Of a DNA stretch of 64,000 nt, positions 18,696 to 28,842 are shown in pieces. Each line of letters starts with the position of its first letter. The stretch's first letter is position 1. Origin of the DNA: a virus; IMG/VR virus record IMGVR_UViG_3300034033_000050. The stretch is one strand, 5' to 3'. Below the pieces are notes generated by a model. It was not told where the DNA came from and did no database searches. It saw only the letters and a program-made list of their open reading frames with translations. The translations under genes were made by a program, and so were the position numbers.

Positions 18696-21023
18696 TTATT
18701 GTGAAATCACTCCAAGTATTGTTTTTCGCTCCAAGACTTCATGTTGAGTACAGGCTCTTTTAAACGCAGCTTCTTCCCCCACAATATATGCCATTTGCCG
18801 TCCTCTAGTAAGCGATGTGTACATTAAACAGCTAGACAACATCTTAAAAAAACTCATACTTAAAGGAAGCAAAATTGATAAAAATCCAGAGCCTTGCGAT
18901 TTATGGCAAGTGATTACGTGGCCCAATGTTAGCATACTTTCAATGTCAGATTTGTCATATCTGACAACCACTTCTTCGGCCGGATAATACGCCCATAATT
19001 TGAACTCATCTATATCAACTTTAATAACAGCACCAAGATATCCGTTGAATATTCTCTTTTTAGAATCATCAGGTACTTCTCTATTTGGTTCCTTGTTAAA
19101 CTCATCAATTGACATAACAGGCATATTAAAATTCTTTGTGTGTAAAACCTTATCCATCTTTTTAAAAAGAACCGTATTACCCATTGAATTAACAGAAAGT
19201 GCTACGCCTCCTGGGTTCAATGTATTCTGAATGGTTTGATTTAAATTATCCACTCCCAAAATACCTTTTTTCATTGGAACTATGACTTGAGTAGAATATA
19301 GAAACTTCTGAAAATCTCCTTTTTCAAATGCATCATTGAGCATCCCTTTTTTATTTTCAAATGCTTTTGCTACATGTAAGCAAATACGCATATTGTTATC
19401 ATTTCTCTGATTAGCTCTAACGTCCTTATCTCTGGATGGATTATTAATATTAAATGGCGCAAATGCAAAATCAGCATGTCTTGTATGATATTCAGGCACT
19501 TGGCCATTTCTTATCTTTTCTGCGTGTAGGGCGATCACTGAGTTCTCAGACTGTCTGTGGATCGTTTTAAGTTCAAGCACTGGCACTAACTTATTTTTTA
19601 TAACGTCAATAAACACAGCGCCTGCAGCAAGGGCGGGTAATTGAGATGGGTCCCCGACCAACACCAATCGCGCATCGGGATGAAGCTTACGCAATAACCG
19701 AGCAAATAAAACACTGTCCAACATACTGCACTCGTCAATTACTAAAACTTTAAAAGGAATGGTAGCTTCCTGCTTATATTTAACAAGTATAGACATAATT
19801 GTACCACCATCAAAACCACTTGCATTTTTAATCTTATCAGCAGCAATACCAGATAACGCAGTAACATATACCGAATCACGCGTGTAATAAGTTGAAAGAA
19901 GCTCCAATATACCCCTGGTAGTAAAAGTCTTACCGGTTCCTGCATAACCCACAAGCGCCATTATTTTGCGCTCATTTATAGCACGTATAGCACGCACCTG
20001 ATGAGAGTCATATTTATGCCCAGCTTTCTTTTCAAGACCAGCAATAAAATTATTCATTTTCTTTTCATTAAGCACAGGGAATATCATTTCATTACTGCGA
20101 CTATTGAAAAACTCATATAAAAACATTTCAGCATCATACAAACTTTTAAGACAATACATGTCGGCATTAAGACAGACAATCTTTTTTGTGTTTATCAATT
20201 TCTTAAGCGCAGCTTGGTAATCAAAACAATCCCTTGATGTCGTGCCTTTTGCAAATCGAATTAATAAATCATCAAGAATCTTATAGAGATCTATTTTAGA
20301 TACGATACTGTGCCCGTGCTCTTGACCAATCTGCTTAAGGCCATATATGACAGCACTGGAAATTCTAAAGATGGAATTAGGTTCAACCATTCCAGACTCC
20401 AAGGCTACTTCATCCAAGCCAATAAAGCCAATTCCACGAACATCGGTCAATAGATAAATGTTTTCATTAATCCTTCTAGCAATCCCTTCAATATCCTCTA
20501 GATAGTGCATATAGACGTTATTAACCTGGATTGGGGAAAAGCCCAGGGGTAAAAGTAGTTCGGAAATCTCTCTCATAGCAATATGCCTGTGCCATGAAGC
20601 GCATATAGTGGCCACCAAGGCTTTGTTAAATCCTTTCACATGCAAAAGCTCGTGAGGGCGATTTGCTATCATATCAGCAATTTTATCAGCACCAAAATGA
20701 TCTAATAAGTACAAAGTCTTTTTGGGCCCCAAACCTGTCACAACCTTGGTTAGAAAATAAAATATTGTGTCAGAACCAACAATCTCAATGGTTTGAATTT
20801 GTATTTGTAAATCTTTTGTTTTTTTATTTTCAACCCAGTGGCCAGTGACAGAAACATTCTCACCTTTTACCTTGTCAATGTTGCCAAGAGTGTGTTGGCC
20901 AAGAATAACCGTACCATTTTTAAGTTTCAAAATAGCAAAGTTATCTTTTTTATAAATAATGGTTTCAACAACCCCTTTTTGTTTAACTGTTTTACCCATG
21001 CTTGATTTTATATTTTCAGACAT
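18696..21023 (-). CDS. recD2: RecD2-like SF1B DNA helicase
   Basis: GYAGTGKT, VIDECSM, GDPSQLP, HRQ, TCHKSQG; N-terminal OB and HhH (GLG, GIG) regions. Confidence 0.88.
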   Translation of the reverse strand: MSENIKSSMGKTVKQKGVVETIIYKKDNFAILKLKNGTVILGQHTLGNIDKVKGENVSVTGHWVENKKTKDLQIQIQTIEIVGSDTIFYFLTKVVTGLGPKKTLYLLDHFGADKIADMIANRPHELLHVKGFNKALVATICASWHRHIAMREISELLLPLGFSPIQVNNVYMHYLEDIEGIARRINENIYLLTDVRGIGFIGLDEVALESGMVEPNSIFRISSAVIYGLKQIGQEHGHSIVSKIDLYKILDDLLIRFAKGTTSRDCFDYQAALKKLINTKKIVCLNADMYCLKSLYDAEMFLYEFFNSRSNEMIFPVLNEKKMNNFIAGLEKKAGHKYDSHQVRAIRAINERKIMALVGYAGTGKTFTTRGILELLSTYYTRDSVYVTALSGIAADKIKNASGFDGGTIMSILVKYKQEATIPFKVLVIDECSMLDSVLFARLLRKLHPDARLVLVGDPSQLPALAAGAVFIDVIKNKLVPVLELKTIHRQSENSVIALHAEKIRNGQVPEYHTRHADFAFAPFNINNPSRDKDVRANQRNDNNMRICLHVAKAFENKKGMLNDAFEKGDFQKFLYSTQVIVPMKKGILGVDNLNQTIQNTLNPGGVALSVNSMGNTVLFKKMDKVLHTKNFNMPVMSIDEFNKEPNREVPDDSKKRIFNGYLGAVIKVDIDEFKLWAYYPAEEVVVRYDKSDIESMLTLGHVITCHKSQGSGFLSILLPLSMSFFKMLSSCLMYTSLTRGRQMAYIVGEEAAFKRACTQHEVLERKTILGVISQ

Positions 21024-21270
21024 ATCTCATTAACCCATTAAAGATGAAACAACCATTACCAATACACTTACAATAATGCAAACAGCAAACAGATCACTTT
21101 CAATCGCATCCACTATACCAAACATCAATTTACCAACCAAATTTAAAGTTTTCATTCTAACCACCTTCAAAATTAACATTGAATAATTATAGACAGGCTC
21201 ACATACCAAGGAACATCAATTGAAATCACTCCACAAATAAACCTTATCAAAACCATAACCCCTTCAACAG

Positions 21271-21627
21271 TTAAAAAACAACGCTTAGAGAAACCCCGTT
21301 ACTATCCTCAGGCGTTGTATAACGTGTAAACAGACCATTTCTTTTCGCCACATTCTCTTTAACCACGTTTGGCGTATAGAACATCACATGTTGAGAACTT
21401 ACTAGATTTGTATATTGAAAAGAACTATCAATACATTCATTATCTTCATTTCTAAATAAAAAATAACAAGCTTTCAATACACCACCATACTTATCAATAT
21501 GGCACTCAATTCTCAATGGCAAGGATTCCTTTGCCCAACGCGCATTAACACGCTCAACACCTTTTAAACTTCTCTTATATAGCTCATCGCTCTTGATTGA
21601 TTCCAAAGTATTCATAACAATTCTCAT
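21271..21627 (-). CDS. hypothetical protein
   Basis: Intact ORF in array. Confidence 0.65.
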   Translation of the reverse strand: MRIVMNTLESIKSDELYKRSLKGVERVNARWAKESLPLRIECHIDKYGGVLKACYFLFRNEDNECIDSSFQYTNLVSSQHVMFYTPNVVKENVAKRNGLFTRYTTPEDSNGVSLSVVF

Positions 21628-21674
21628 TTTGTATTGTTAATTTTAAGCATGCTAAAGTTCCAACAAAGCATCAA

Positions 21675-22049
21675 TTAGATGCCGCCATTCTGGTAAAACT
21701 CAAAGTTTTTAAAACCCTCAGTCCACCAATCAAATTCCTTTGAGCCTTTCTCAAAAGGACAACTTTTATCCATATAGTTGCCATCTGCAACCATCGCTCC
21801 TTTACCTCTATAATAGACAGCCTGCACATCGATGTTTTCATTTAGAAAATCAACAAGCAACTCAGGCTTACCAAATTCAATTCCGTGATTCATTTTTATC
21901 GCCTTAAAAACCGCGACAGCCAAAGAGCAGGGGATAGCGCCATCATTATCACAAATCCATCTTCCTTTACCGTTACAAGCAATTAGATAATTATGGGGCA
22001 TTAATCTTAATGTTTCACTTGACTCATCATATTTTATAAATACTGCCAT
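21675..22049 (-). CDS. hypothetical protein with C-terminal Rmf/CrpP-like motif
   Basis: YYRGxxA...CPF...WWxxG resembles the RMF pattern RGYxAG...CPY...WLGGW; motif promoter at 22079. Confidence 0.5.
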   Translation of the reverse strand: MAVFIKYDESSETLRLMPHNYLIACNGKGRWICDNDGAIPCSLAVAVFKAIKMNHGIEFGKPELLVDFLNENIDVQAVYYRGKGAMVADGNYMDKSCPFEKGSKEFDWWTEGFKNFEFYQNGGI

Positions 22050-22151
22050 TTTGTAACCTCTTCAATTTATTATAATGAATTATAATTTAGCTAGAAATCC
22101 CAAAAAAAAAGGGTGCTAAAAACACCCTTTTAAGCTTTAGTATTTCAGGAA

Positions 22152-22490
22152 TTAGGCATCAGCGGGTAAATAGAAAGCAGCAAATTCGTATGTTTCACCA
22201 CAATACTTGCCATCAACACTAGGATAAATAGCATCATTCCAGACTTTAAAGCTATGGAACACAGTCCTATAATCCGACTCTTTTCCCCCATCCATTACCT
22301 TGAAATCATCCTTAAAATCAAGTCCAGTAGAAGCATCAATATCGATATAATTAATAGAATTTTCTGAAATTAGCTTTTGCGCAGCTTTAATGCGCTTGAT
22401 TTGGTCTTTACTTAGGTCAAATTCAATATGCGTGATATCAAGATTTTCACCAGTTTCAAGATTTAAATTGTATTTCATGTGTTTCACCAT
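22152..22490 (-). CDS. hypothetical acidic protein
   Basis: Intact ORF, terminator at about 22102-22130. Confidence 0.65.
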   Translation of the reverse strand: MVKHMKYNLNLETGENLDITHIEFDLSKDQIKRIKAAQKLISENSINYIDIDASTGLDFKDDFKVMDGGKESDYRTVFHSFKVWNDAIYPSVDGKYCGETYEFAAFYLPADA

Positions 22491-22531
22491 AGTTATTAGA
22501 TTGATATATTTTAGTCCAACTCGATTTACGA

Positions 22532-22846
22532 CTATTGAGAATTGCGCATACCCTCAAACCAAACATCCAACCATTTTTCCCCATTTTTAGGGTTCGCATA
22601 ATTAGCCACGGTTTCACAATCATCGACCATCAAAGTGATGTAAGCAGCACCAACAACATGACCTTCAGAATTACTAAACCTAAGCTCACACTCATCAACT
22701 GATTCTATGGCCTCATGTATCTCTGATTTCTTTTTAGAGCGAATAACCGCCCAATCTTCAGTATCGAACACAGAAACAAAAAAGCCCATTTTATCAATGG
22801 CATATTTTACTAGCGATTTGTATGCTTTCATTACATTTGACTCCAA
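22532..22846 (-). CDS. hypothetical protein
   Basis: Intact ORF with GGAG RBS. Confidence 0.7.
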   Translation of the reverse strand: MESNVMKAYKSLVKYAIDKMGFFVSVFDTEDWAVIRSKKKSEIHEAIESVDECELRFSNSEGHVVGAAYITLMVDDCETVANYANPKNGEKWLDVWFEGMRNSQ

Positions 22847-22886
22847 TTTGATTAATACTACATTCTAGGGTAACTACAAATACAGT

Positions 22887-23081
22887 TTATTTATGAACCC
22901 GATTTAACAAATCACACGCCTTTTGTTTTATCAACAACTCATCCCCATACATTTTATTGAACTCAGCATTGGAAACCCTTACCTTGATTGGGAAAGATGA
23001 ATTATTTAAAACAGGGGTTAAAATCACATCGCTAACACTATTTAACCACCCAACAGATCGAATATCAGAAACCTTAATCAT
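22887..23081 (-). CDS. hypothetical protein (64 aa)
   Basis: Motif promoter at 23114, AGGTG RBS. Confidence 0.65.
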   Translation of the reverse strand: MIKVSDIRSVGWLNSVSDVILTPVLNNSSFPIKVRVSNAEFNKMYGDELLIKQKACDLLNRVHK

Positions 23082-23157
23082 GCATCACCTACAATAATTA
23101 TTAATTAAAATATATTATACGAGTGCGAGAAAACACACATTAGAAAACCAACAACAA

Positions 23158-23352
23158 AAAATGTTCCTGATGTCCGAATGGAAATGTTCCTGATATCCGA
23201 GTGGAAATATCCCTGTTATCCGTTGAAATACTCTATGTTTAGTTGAAATGTTCCTGTTATCCAAGTGGAAATATCCCTGTTATCCGTTGAAATGTTCCTG
23301 TTATCCGAGTGGAAGTGTTCCTGATATCCGAGTGGAATTACAGTTATCCACA
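23158..23352 (+). repeat. eight tandem 20-23 bp iteron-like repeats plus a perfect DnaA box
   Basis: Consensus GAAATGTTCCTGTTATCCGAGTG; units start at 23158, 23181, 23204, 23225 (degenerate), 23245, 23268, 23289, 23312; TTATCCACA at 23344-23352. Confidence 0.85.
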
Positions 23353-23400
23353 GACCAATACCAAACCATCTGGTACGAACATCCATAGGAATATAAAAAT

Positions 23401-23431
23401 AAAAAAACGGCATACATTTAAATGTATGCCG
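23401..23431 (-). terminator. terminator of the methyltransferase operon
   Basis: Perfect 24-bp palindrome CGGCATACATTTAAATGTATGCCG (23408-23431) plus T7 on the minus strand. Confidence 0.75.
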
Positions 23432-23493
23432 CTAAATTTCTATTGGCAACCAATTCACCAATAGACCCCTAAAAAACAAATTTCAAACAAGCC

Positions 23494-24255
23494 TTATTTT
23501 GAACACCTAGCTTTAATCACACTCTGCTCAGAAAAACAATCAACTTGTCTAATTTCATTATTAATCCTTTTCACACTCCCATCATAATAATCCCTATCAT
23601 TTTCACAGGCATCAATCTTATAGCCTAACTTATTTGATGAGATGGACAAAGAACCCGAACCATGATGAGAATCAAAGATAGTCATGCCAGGGCTTATGTA
23701 TTTATTTAAAATCCAGTCATACAAAGCAACGGGCTTCTGACATGGATGGATTCGCATCTCATTTAATTTTTTATTGCCATTTTGAACATGGCCATTAATA
23801 ACACCAGAACCTTGCATCATCCCACGCCACATGAATCTAAACAAATCCACTCTTGATGTCATGGAGTTATAAGCAATTTCACAATTACTTTGATCACTCC
23901 CCTCGTTGCATTTATCCCAAATGATTCTGCCAGAACCAAAATATTCATTAAAGTAATTGCATCCAAATATTATTTGATGTTTTGTGACTCTGCGCAACTC
24001 TTTAAAATACAAGCTGCCCACAGGTTCATCATCCCACTGTTTTCTTTTATATCCACCATCTACAACAAAAACCTTACCACCGTTAGCTTGTTCAACCCAT
24101 GTTGAACGAGATGTACCTCCATGCTGTTTCCTACCCCACTGCGGGTCAACAATGCCGACATCATAATGATTGTCTTTAAGACCAGCCATAAACTCCATAC
24201 AATCTACAAAATACAAAGAGGAGGTGCCAAGTGTTGTTTTTTCAAAATCTTTCAT
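23494..24255 (-). CDS. N6-adenine/N4-cytosine DNA methyltransferase (beta class), no cognate nuclease
   Basis: DPQW (motif IV variant), HPCQKP, DSHHGSGS (motif I). Confidence 0.82.
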   Translation of the reverse strand: MKDFEKTTLGTSSLYFVDCMEFMAGLKDNHYDVGIVDPQWGRKQHGGTSRSTWVEQANGGKVFVVDGGYKRKQWDDEPVGSLYFKELRRVTKHQIIFGCNYFNEYFGSGRIIWDKCNEGSDQSNCEIAYNSMTSRVDLFRFMWRGMMQGSGVINGHVQNGNKKLNEMRIHPCQKPVALYDWILNKYISPGMTIFDSHHGSGSLSISSNKLGYKIDACENDRDYYDGSVKRINNEIRQVDCFSEQSVIKARCSK

Positions 24256-24269
24256 AATATCGCCTTAAT

Positions 24270-24587
24270 TTATGCTGCCAATGCCAAACAAACCTTGTTT
24301 TTAAGCACTCGTATTCTGTCAATGATCTCAGAACAAATGGATCCGCACAACAATTCACCATTTCTTAATTGAGATTCTAATTCTTTTTCAAGCTCTGAAA
24401 CGCATTTGCCTTCGAGTATATCTTGAATGTCACCAACTGGCTTTATTTTTAAATCTTCAAGCAATTCGATTAATGCCTGCTCATATGAATCATGATAGTC
24501 TGTTATCTCCTCACCAACATCTGTCATACCTATATAAACCGACTTGCCTGATGCTCCAAATTCTTGAGTTACTGTAAATTTTGACAT
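24270..24587 (-). CDS. hypothetical protein
   Basis: ORF with GT-N5-TATAAT at 24620. Confidence 0.65.
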   Translation of the reverse strand: MSKFTVTQEFGASGKSVYIGMTDVGEEITDYHDSYEQALIELLEDLKIKPVGDIQDILEGKCVSELEKELESQLRNGELLCGSICSEIIDRIRVLKNKVCLALAA

Positions 24588-24643
24588 GTCGCTAAATCTC
24601 CGTAATTGTTAATTAATATATTATACAAATACTAGAATTTAAA

Positions 24644-24790
24644 TCATTCCCAATCACTAATTTCAAAGCTTCCACAATCAGGGCATAATTTACACTCATC
24701 GTCCAATGAAGATGTTTCACTAACCAATTCCCCATGTTCCCCAACCCACCCACAACTATCACATTCCAACAATTCATCTAGTTCATCCAT
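24644..24790 (-). CDS. small Zn-ribbon-like acidic protein (48 aa)
   Basis: Hand-translated MDELDELLECDSCGW...CPDCGS; GGAG RBS. Confidence 0.65.
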   Translation of the reverse strand: MDELDELLECDSCGWVGEHGELVSETSSLDDECKLCPDCGSFEISDWE

Positions 24791-24825
24791 ATCACACTCC
24801 ACTTACAAAAAACATTATCAAGACT

Positions 24826-25140
24826 CTATTCACACTTAAACAATAACTTTGAATCAATTATTTCTGGCTTTACACCATCTGCCAAACCCGCTGAAACATA
24901 CAGCAACTCACCATCCTGCTTTTTTACAAAAACATAGAAACCATCTTCAAATCTTTCATTTGCCCCTTTCAGGAGAGCATAATCAGTAATAGGAATAACG
25001 TCATCTTGTAGCATATCAGAACACATGCGTAAAACCGTTTCTTCATCAAATCCAAACTTCTCATAAGATGGGGTAGGGCGCTTATCAATACTGGCACACC
25101 CAACCACAAACAAAACCATTATCAAACCAATAATTCTCAT
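24826..25140 (-). CDS. putative lipoprotein
   Basis: Signal peptide with lipobox VVGC; motif promoter at 25185. Confidence 0.7.
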   Translation of the reverse strand: MRIIGLIMVLFVVGCASIDKRPTPSYEKFGFDEETVLRMCSDMLQDDVIPITDYALLKGANERFEDGFYVFVKKQDGELLYVSAGLADGVKPEIIDSKLLFKCE

Positions 25141-25204
25141 ACAATCTCCAAAGCCTATTATTTAAACATCATTAAATACAATTCATTATAGAAGAGCCAA
25201 AACA

Positions 25205-25594
25205 TCAATCAACAAAAATAATGCACTTGTGTATCATCGCTTCAAGCAGTCTAAAGACAAAACTAGCCATGCCATCACATGATATAATATTATTTCTACC
25301 GTCATCATACTCAATCACAATCTCACAGTGATTATGTACATACAAGTTAATTGCATCAGATACACTTATCTTTTCAACCTCAGCCAAATCAACTGCGACA
25401 AGATTTGGTATATCTTCTTTTTCATGATCCTCATACCAGTCGTTAATTTCTTTCTCGGTCATTTTAAACAGGTCTTCAGGCAAGCCACCGCGAAAATAGT
25501 CAGATAAGTGCCACTCTAGCATTACATATTCTTCAGTTAAGGCAAGTTTATTTTCCTTCAAACCCAATTCATTTGAATAGATATCTAGCTTCAT
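25205..25594 (-). CDS. hypothetical protein, paralog of 12382-12765
   Basis: See paralog motifs. Confidence 0.8.
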   Translation of the reverse strand: MKLDIYSNELGLKENKLALTEEYVMLEWHLSDYFRGGLPEDLFKMTEKEINDWYEDHEKEDIPNLVAVDLAEVEKISVSDAINLYVHNHCEIVIEYDDGRNNIISCDGMASFVFRLLEAMIHKCIIFVD

Positions 25595-26109
25595 AGAGAT
25601 GCCACTCCGTCCTTATCAGCATCTAAAATATCCTCAACCCAATCGCTAACAAGCCTCGGAAGCTCATCGAAAGATGGCTTGAAAGGATATTCCTCCATAG
25701 GATAAAGATTTAGGTCATTATCACCATCAAACCAAACCTCATTTAATTTATAAAACGCCTTTACGAATTTCTTTAACGCCTTTTTCTGTCTTTTCGTTAA
25801 TCGCACATCCGAATCATCTGAATCCTTTTGTTTTAAAGCCTTCAAAGCATCCTCAGCAAACTTATCAACCTGAACATCCCAATTTGAGTCAACAAAGAAT
25901 CCATTTCCATTTGTCACCGCAAGAAAATCATTGGTAATACCCGTACAAAGCTCCATAACACCCATACATCCACCATTAACACTAACGTCCTTCAACGCCG
26001 CATTTGATTCAATAGCAGAATTAACAATTCTTGTAACATGATAATTTATATCAAGAATATCTTTAGCACCAAAACCATTTATTATTTTATCACTCTTCGA
26101 GTTCTCCAA
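25591..26109 (-). CDS. hypothetical acidic protein (172 aa)
   Basis: GC-N5-TATATT at 26132, GGAG RBS. Confidence 0.7.
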   Translation of the reverse strand: MENSKSDKIINGFGAKDILDINYHVTRIVNSAIESNAALKDVSVNGGCMGVMELCTGITNDFLAVTNGNGFFVDSNWDVQVDKFAEDALKALKQKDSDDSDVRLTKRQKKALKKFVKAFYKLNEVWFDGDNDLNLYPMEEYPFKPSFDELPRLVSDWVEDILDADKDGVASL

Positions 26110-26208
26110 TTTATAATTTATTTAATACTAAAATATAACTTGGCTACAAATATGAATTTACAAAACAAAAGCACACAACAAAAATCATATTGATTAATAC
26201 ACACCCCA

Positions 26209-26656
26209 TTAATCAATCAACTTTAAGGCAGGGGATTGAGGTATTGAACTACAGCCAGATTCATAAGGAAACAAACCATCTGGATCAGGCCAAAACAACA
26301 CTCTTGCAAAAAATATACCACCCTTGTAATAACGCTTACAAGCCAACATATATTCTCCCACCTTTTCATTGGCATCTTTCAAAACAATATTATAGCCGCC
26401 ATCCAAAACACCAGATATAGGTAGACCAACTTCAAGAGATTTACCTTCAGCTAGCATATCTACAACATTACTTATGATGTGATGTCTTCCCATCCAAACC
26501 AAATATAATCAGATCAGGAACCCCATATGTTTTATTTAAACCAATAGTATAGGCATAATCCACATCATTGCCATCGGGGTCAAAAATAGTCACAACCGAC
26601 CACCCAAATTTCTCTATGTTTTCCTCAACCGTTTTACTTAAATCAAATTTACTCAT
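26209..26656 (-). pseudogene. DUF4262-family gene split by a frameshift
   Basis: N-terminal half GWSVV...YAYTIGL...PDLIIFGL and C-terminal half WPDPDGLFPY are in different frames; the break is at (GATGT)2, 26476-26485. Confidence 0.7.
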
Positions 26657-26689
26657 ATTTTCACACTGTCTCCAGTTTTTATTTATATT

Positions 26690-27586
26690 CTACAACCGCC
26701 CATTAACCTCAAGCAAGTACAAATATGTCCACTCAAATACATTTAAAGTTTTTAAATACAAACGCTTAAAAGAATCAAAACTACCAACATAGCATATATC
26801 GCGATTCTCATCACGCTCTACAACCATTGTAAAATCCTTGAACATGCCACCCCTAAAATTATTTTCCTTAGCTATGTATTCAACCAAAAACCTTCCATAT
26901 TTAAAATCACCAAACACATAACCACCAGAGCGTGATTTACTATAAGTCCACTGTATTCTTTCAATACTTCTTAATTCTTCAAACCCACCAATATGATCTT
27001 TAAAAAACATATCATTAGGCTCGTCAACATTAGAATATCCACCAACCCTGAATTCATTGCTTCCACATGTATCATTCAGCTTATAAAAAAACATTCGAAC
27101 AACTGAATTAATTCTTCTTTTATCAGTTGTTGTTAAAGCACGGGTAACATGTTCGCTATAAGCATGTAAAGCATCAACTCTCGTTGTTTCAATCAGCTGA
27201 ATTTCGCTTATCTTTTTGTCCATGTCTGCATTTGTTAGTCCTTGGGATTGAATACAATCAAATAACTTTCTATCATGTTCATAAATGGCCATATACAGCT
27301 CATCATGCTCAGATAAGCCCTTCATGGTATAGATGCGAACCTCGTTATACTTACCACCCTTATAAACATTAGAATAAAATTTACCAAAATTATTTTCATC
27401 AAACTGAGCACAAACAATAAACAGGTTGTCATAATTGGATTCTTGAGAGGCATCATCATAAAACTTACCAAATGCAAGTTCAACATACTCACCACTTTCA
27501 TCACAACCATTATAATCTCTACTAGCATCAATTGGCGTGATATCTAAAAACAAACTTACAGCTGACTTCAACATCCAAATCTCCAA
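26690..27586 (-). CDS. hypothetical protein (298 aa)
   Basis: Long intact ORF. Confidence 0.75.
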   Translation of the reverse strand: MEIWMLKSAVSLFLDITPIDASRDYNGCDESGEYVELAFGKFYDDASQESNYDNLFIVCAQFDENNFGKFYSNVYKGGKYNEVRIYTMKGLSEHDELYMAIYEHDRKLFDCIQSQGLTNADMDKKISEIQLIETTRVDALHAYSEHVTRALTTTDKRRINSVVRMFFYKLNDTCGSNEFRVGGYSNVDEPNDMFFKDHIGGFEELRSIERIQWTYSKSRSGGYVFGDFKYGRFLVEYIAKENNFRGGMFKDFTMVVERDENRDICYVGSFDSFKRLYLKTLNVFEWTYLYLLEVNGRL

Positions 27587-27625
27587 TTATTAATACTATA
27601 TTGTACGCACGCTAATAAATGGCGA

Positions 27626-28006
27626 TTAAGAATCATGATGTTGCAAAAACTCATAACCTACAGACTCAATGGCATCATAACAGGCAATAAGCCATTCAAT
27701 AAATATATCCAAAGTTGTATTGGCAACAAACTCACCATCGTTATAAGACAGGTCAAACCAAATTTTTTCACCTGCATCAGTCTCTATCCAATCACAAGTG
27801 TATTTACTCCAACAAATTCTTTCAGGTTTTTCCAATTTAGCCAAAAAAGAACCCGCACAATCCAATATTTTAATGCCCTTTTTATTCTCAACAACATCAT
27901 ATGGAGCCAGATCGATATTTATTACAGCCATTTTATTTGTCAGTAAATTTAGTTGATTAATAATAAGACAACGAGAAACCCAGAACTTACATAGTGACAA
28001 CATCAC
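27626..28006 (-). CDS. hypothetical protein (true start probably MAVINI, 27929)
   Basis: Intact ORF. Confidence 0.6.
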   Translation of the reverse strand: MMLSLCKFWVSRCLIINQLNLLTNKMAVINIDLAPYDVVENKKGIKILDCAGSFLAKLEKPERICWSKYTCDWIETDAGEKIWFDLSYNDGEFVANTTLDIFIEWLIACYDAIESVGYEFLQHHDS

Positions 28007-28115
28007 TTGGATTAAACTAACTTCATTACCCCATACAAAACTTTAAAAAGGCCTTACCCCGCACATGAATGACAGGGTTTTACGCCTAAACGTGATAATG
28101 ACCCTAATTTTCAAT

Positions 28116-28337
28116 TTAAGCCCAACCTTCAATATAACCTTGAGCCTCAAGTTTTTTAATATAAGCCTTGAGCTTTAATTTATTTTTGAAAGTAGCAATC
28201 CCAAAAAAATCACTGCCGTCCTTATGCTTTTCCACTCCATCATGCTCATTTACTAGATACTTCACACTACCAACACCATACATGACGTTATAACGCTTAA
28301 TGCCACGACTTTGTTTGCCACCATCCAATTTACCCAT
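28116..28337 (-). CDS. hypothetical protein (73 aa)
   Basis: Motif promoter at 28368. Confidence 0.7.
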   Translation of the reverse strand: MGKLDGGKQSRGIKRYNVMYGVGSVKYLVNEHDGVEKHKDGSDFFGIATFKNKLKLKAYIKKLEAQGYIEGWA

Positions 28338-28462
28338 GCCTTCACTCCAATTATTTATTTATGAAAAATTATAAACCAGCCAAAATTCCAGCCAATAAAA
28401 AAGCCAGAGAATAATTACATTCCCTGTATCCTTTTAAGACCAGCTCACTAGATAATCAGCTT

Positions 28463-28780
28463 TTAATACTCCTTTTTAATCACAACAAAGTCACTACCAA
28501 TTTGTTTTAAACATTCCAAGACCAGTGCGTGACTCTCTTGTATATTTGCCATACTTAAACCACTCATTAACCCATCAATCAAAGGAGCTACACCATCACT
28601 CGATATTTCTATTTCCCATACAAGCTTTTTTATTACTGGCATCAGCCAATCCCAAGAAGATTTAAATTGAATTGGCGAGACAGTACCATCTAAATATTTT
28701 GGATTGGTACATTTATCACCATTAGGTGTTATTTCCAAACCCATAAAATTTACTATTAAAATATCTTCTTTATCACTCAC
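28463..28780 (-). CDS. hypothetical protein
   Basis: SSWDWLMPVI segment typical of phage hypotheticals; GGAG RBS. Confidence 0.7.
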   Translation of the reverse strand: MSDKEDILIVNFMGLEITPNGDKCTNPKYLDGTVSPIQFKSSWDWLMPVIKKLVWEIEISSDGVAPLIDGLMSGLSMANIQESHALVLECLKQIGSDFVVIKKEY

Positions 28781-28842
28781 ACTATTTCTCCTTTGATTTA
28801 TAACTTTAATACTTGATTATCACTTGCCTAAAATTTCAACGA

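Noticed and set aside
23158-23413. Repeat array as CRISPR, and ORF 23216-23413 as a gene
   Set aside because: Units are contiguous with no spacers; the ORF is a translation of the repeats (DISTDNR)
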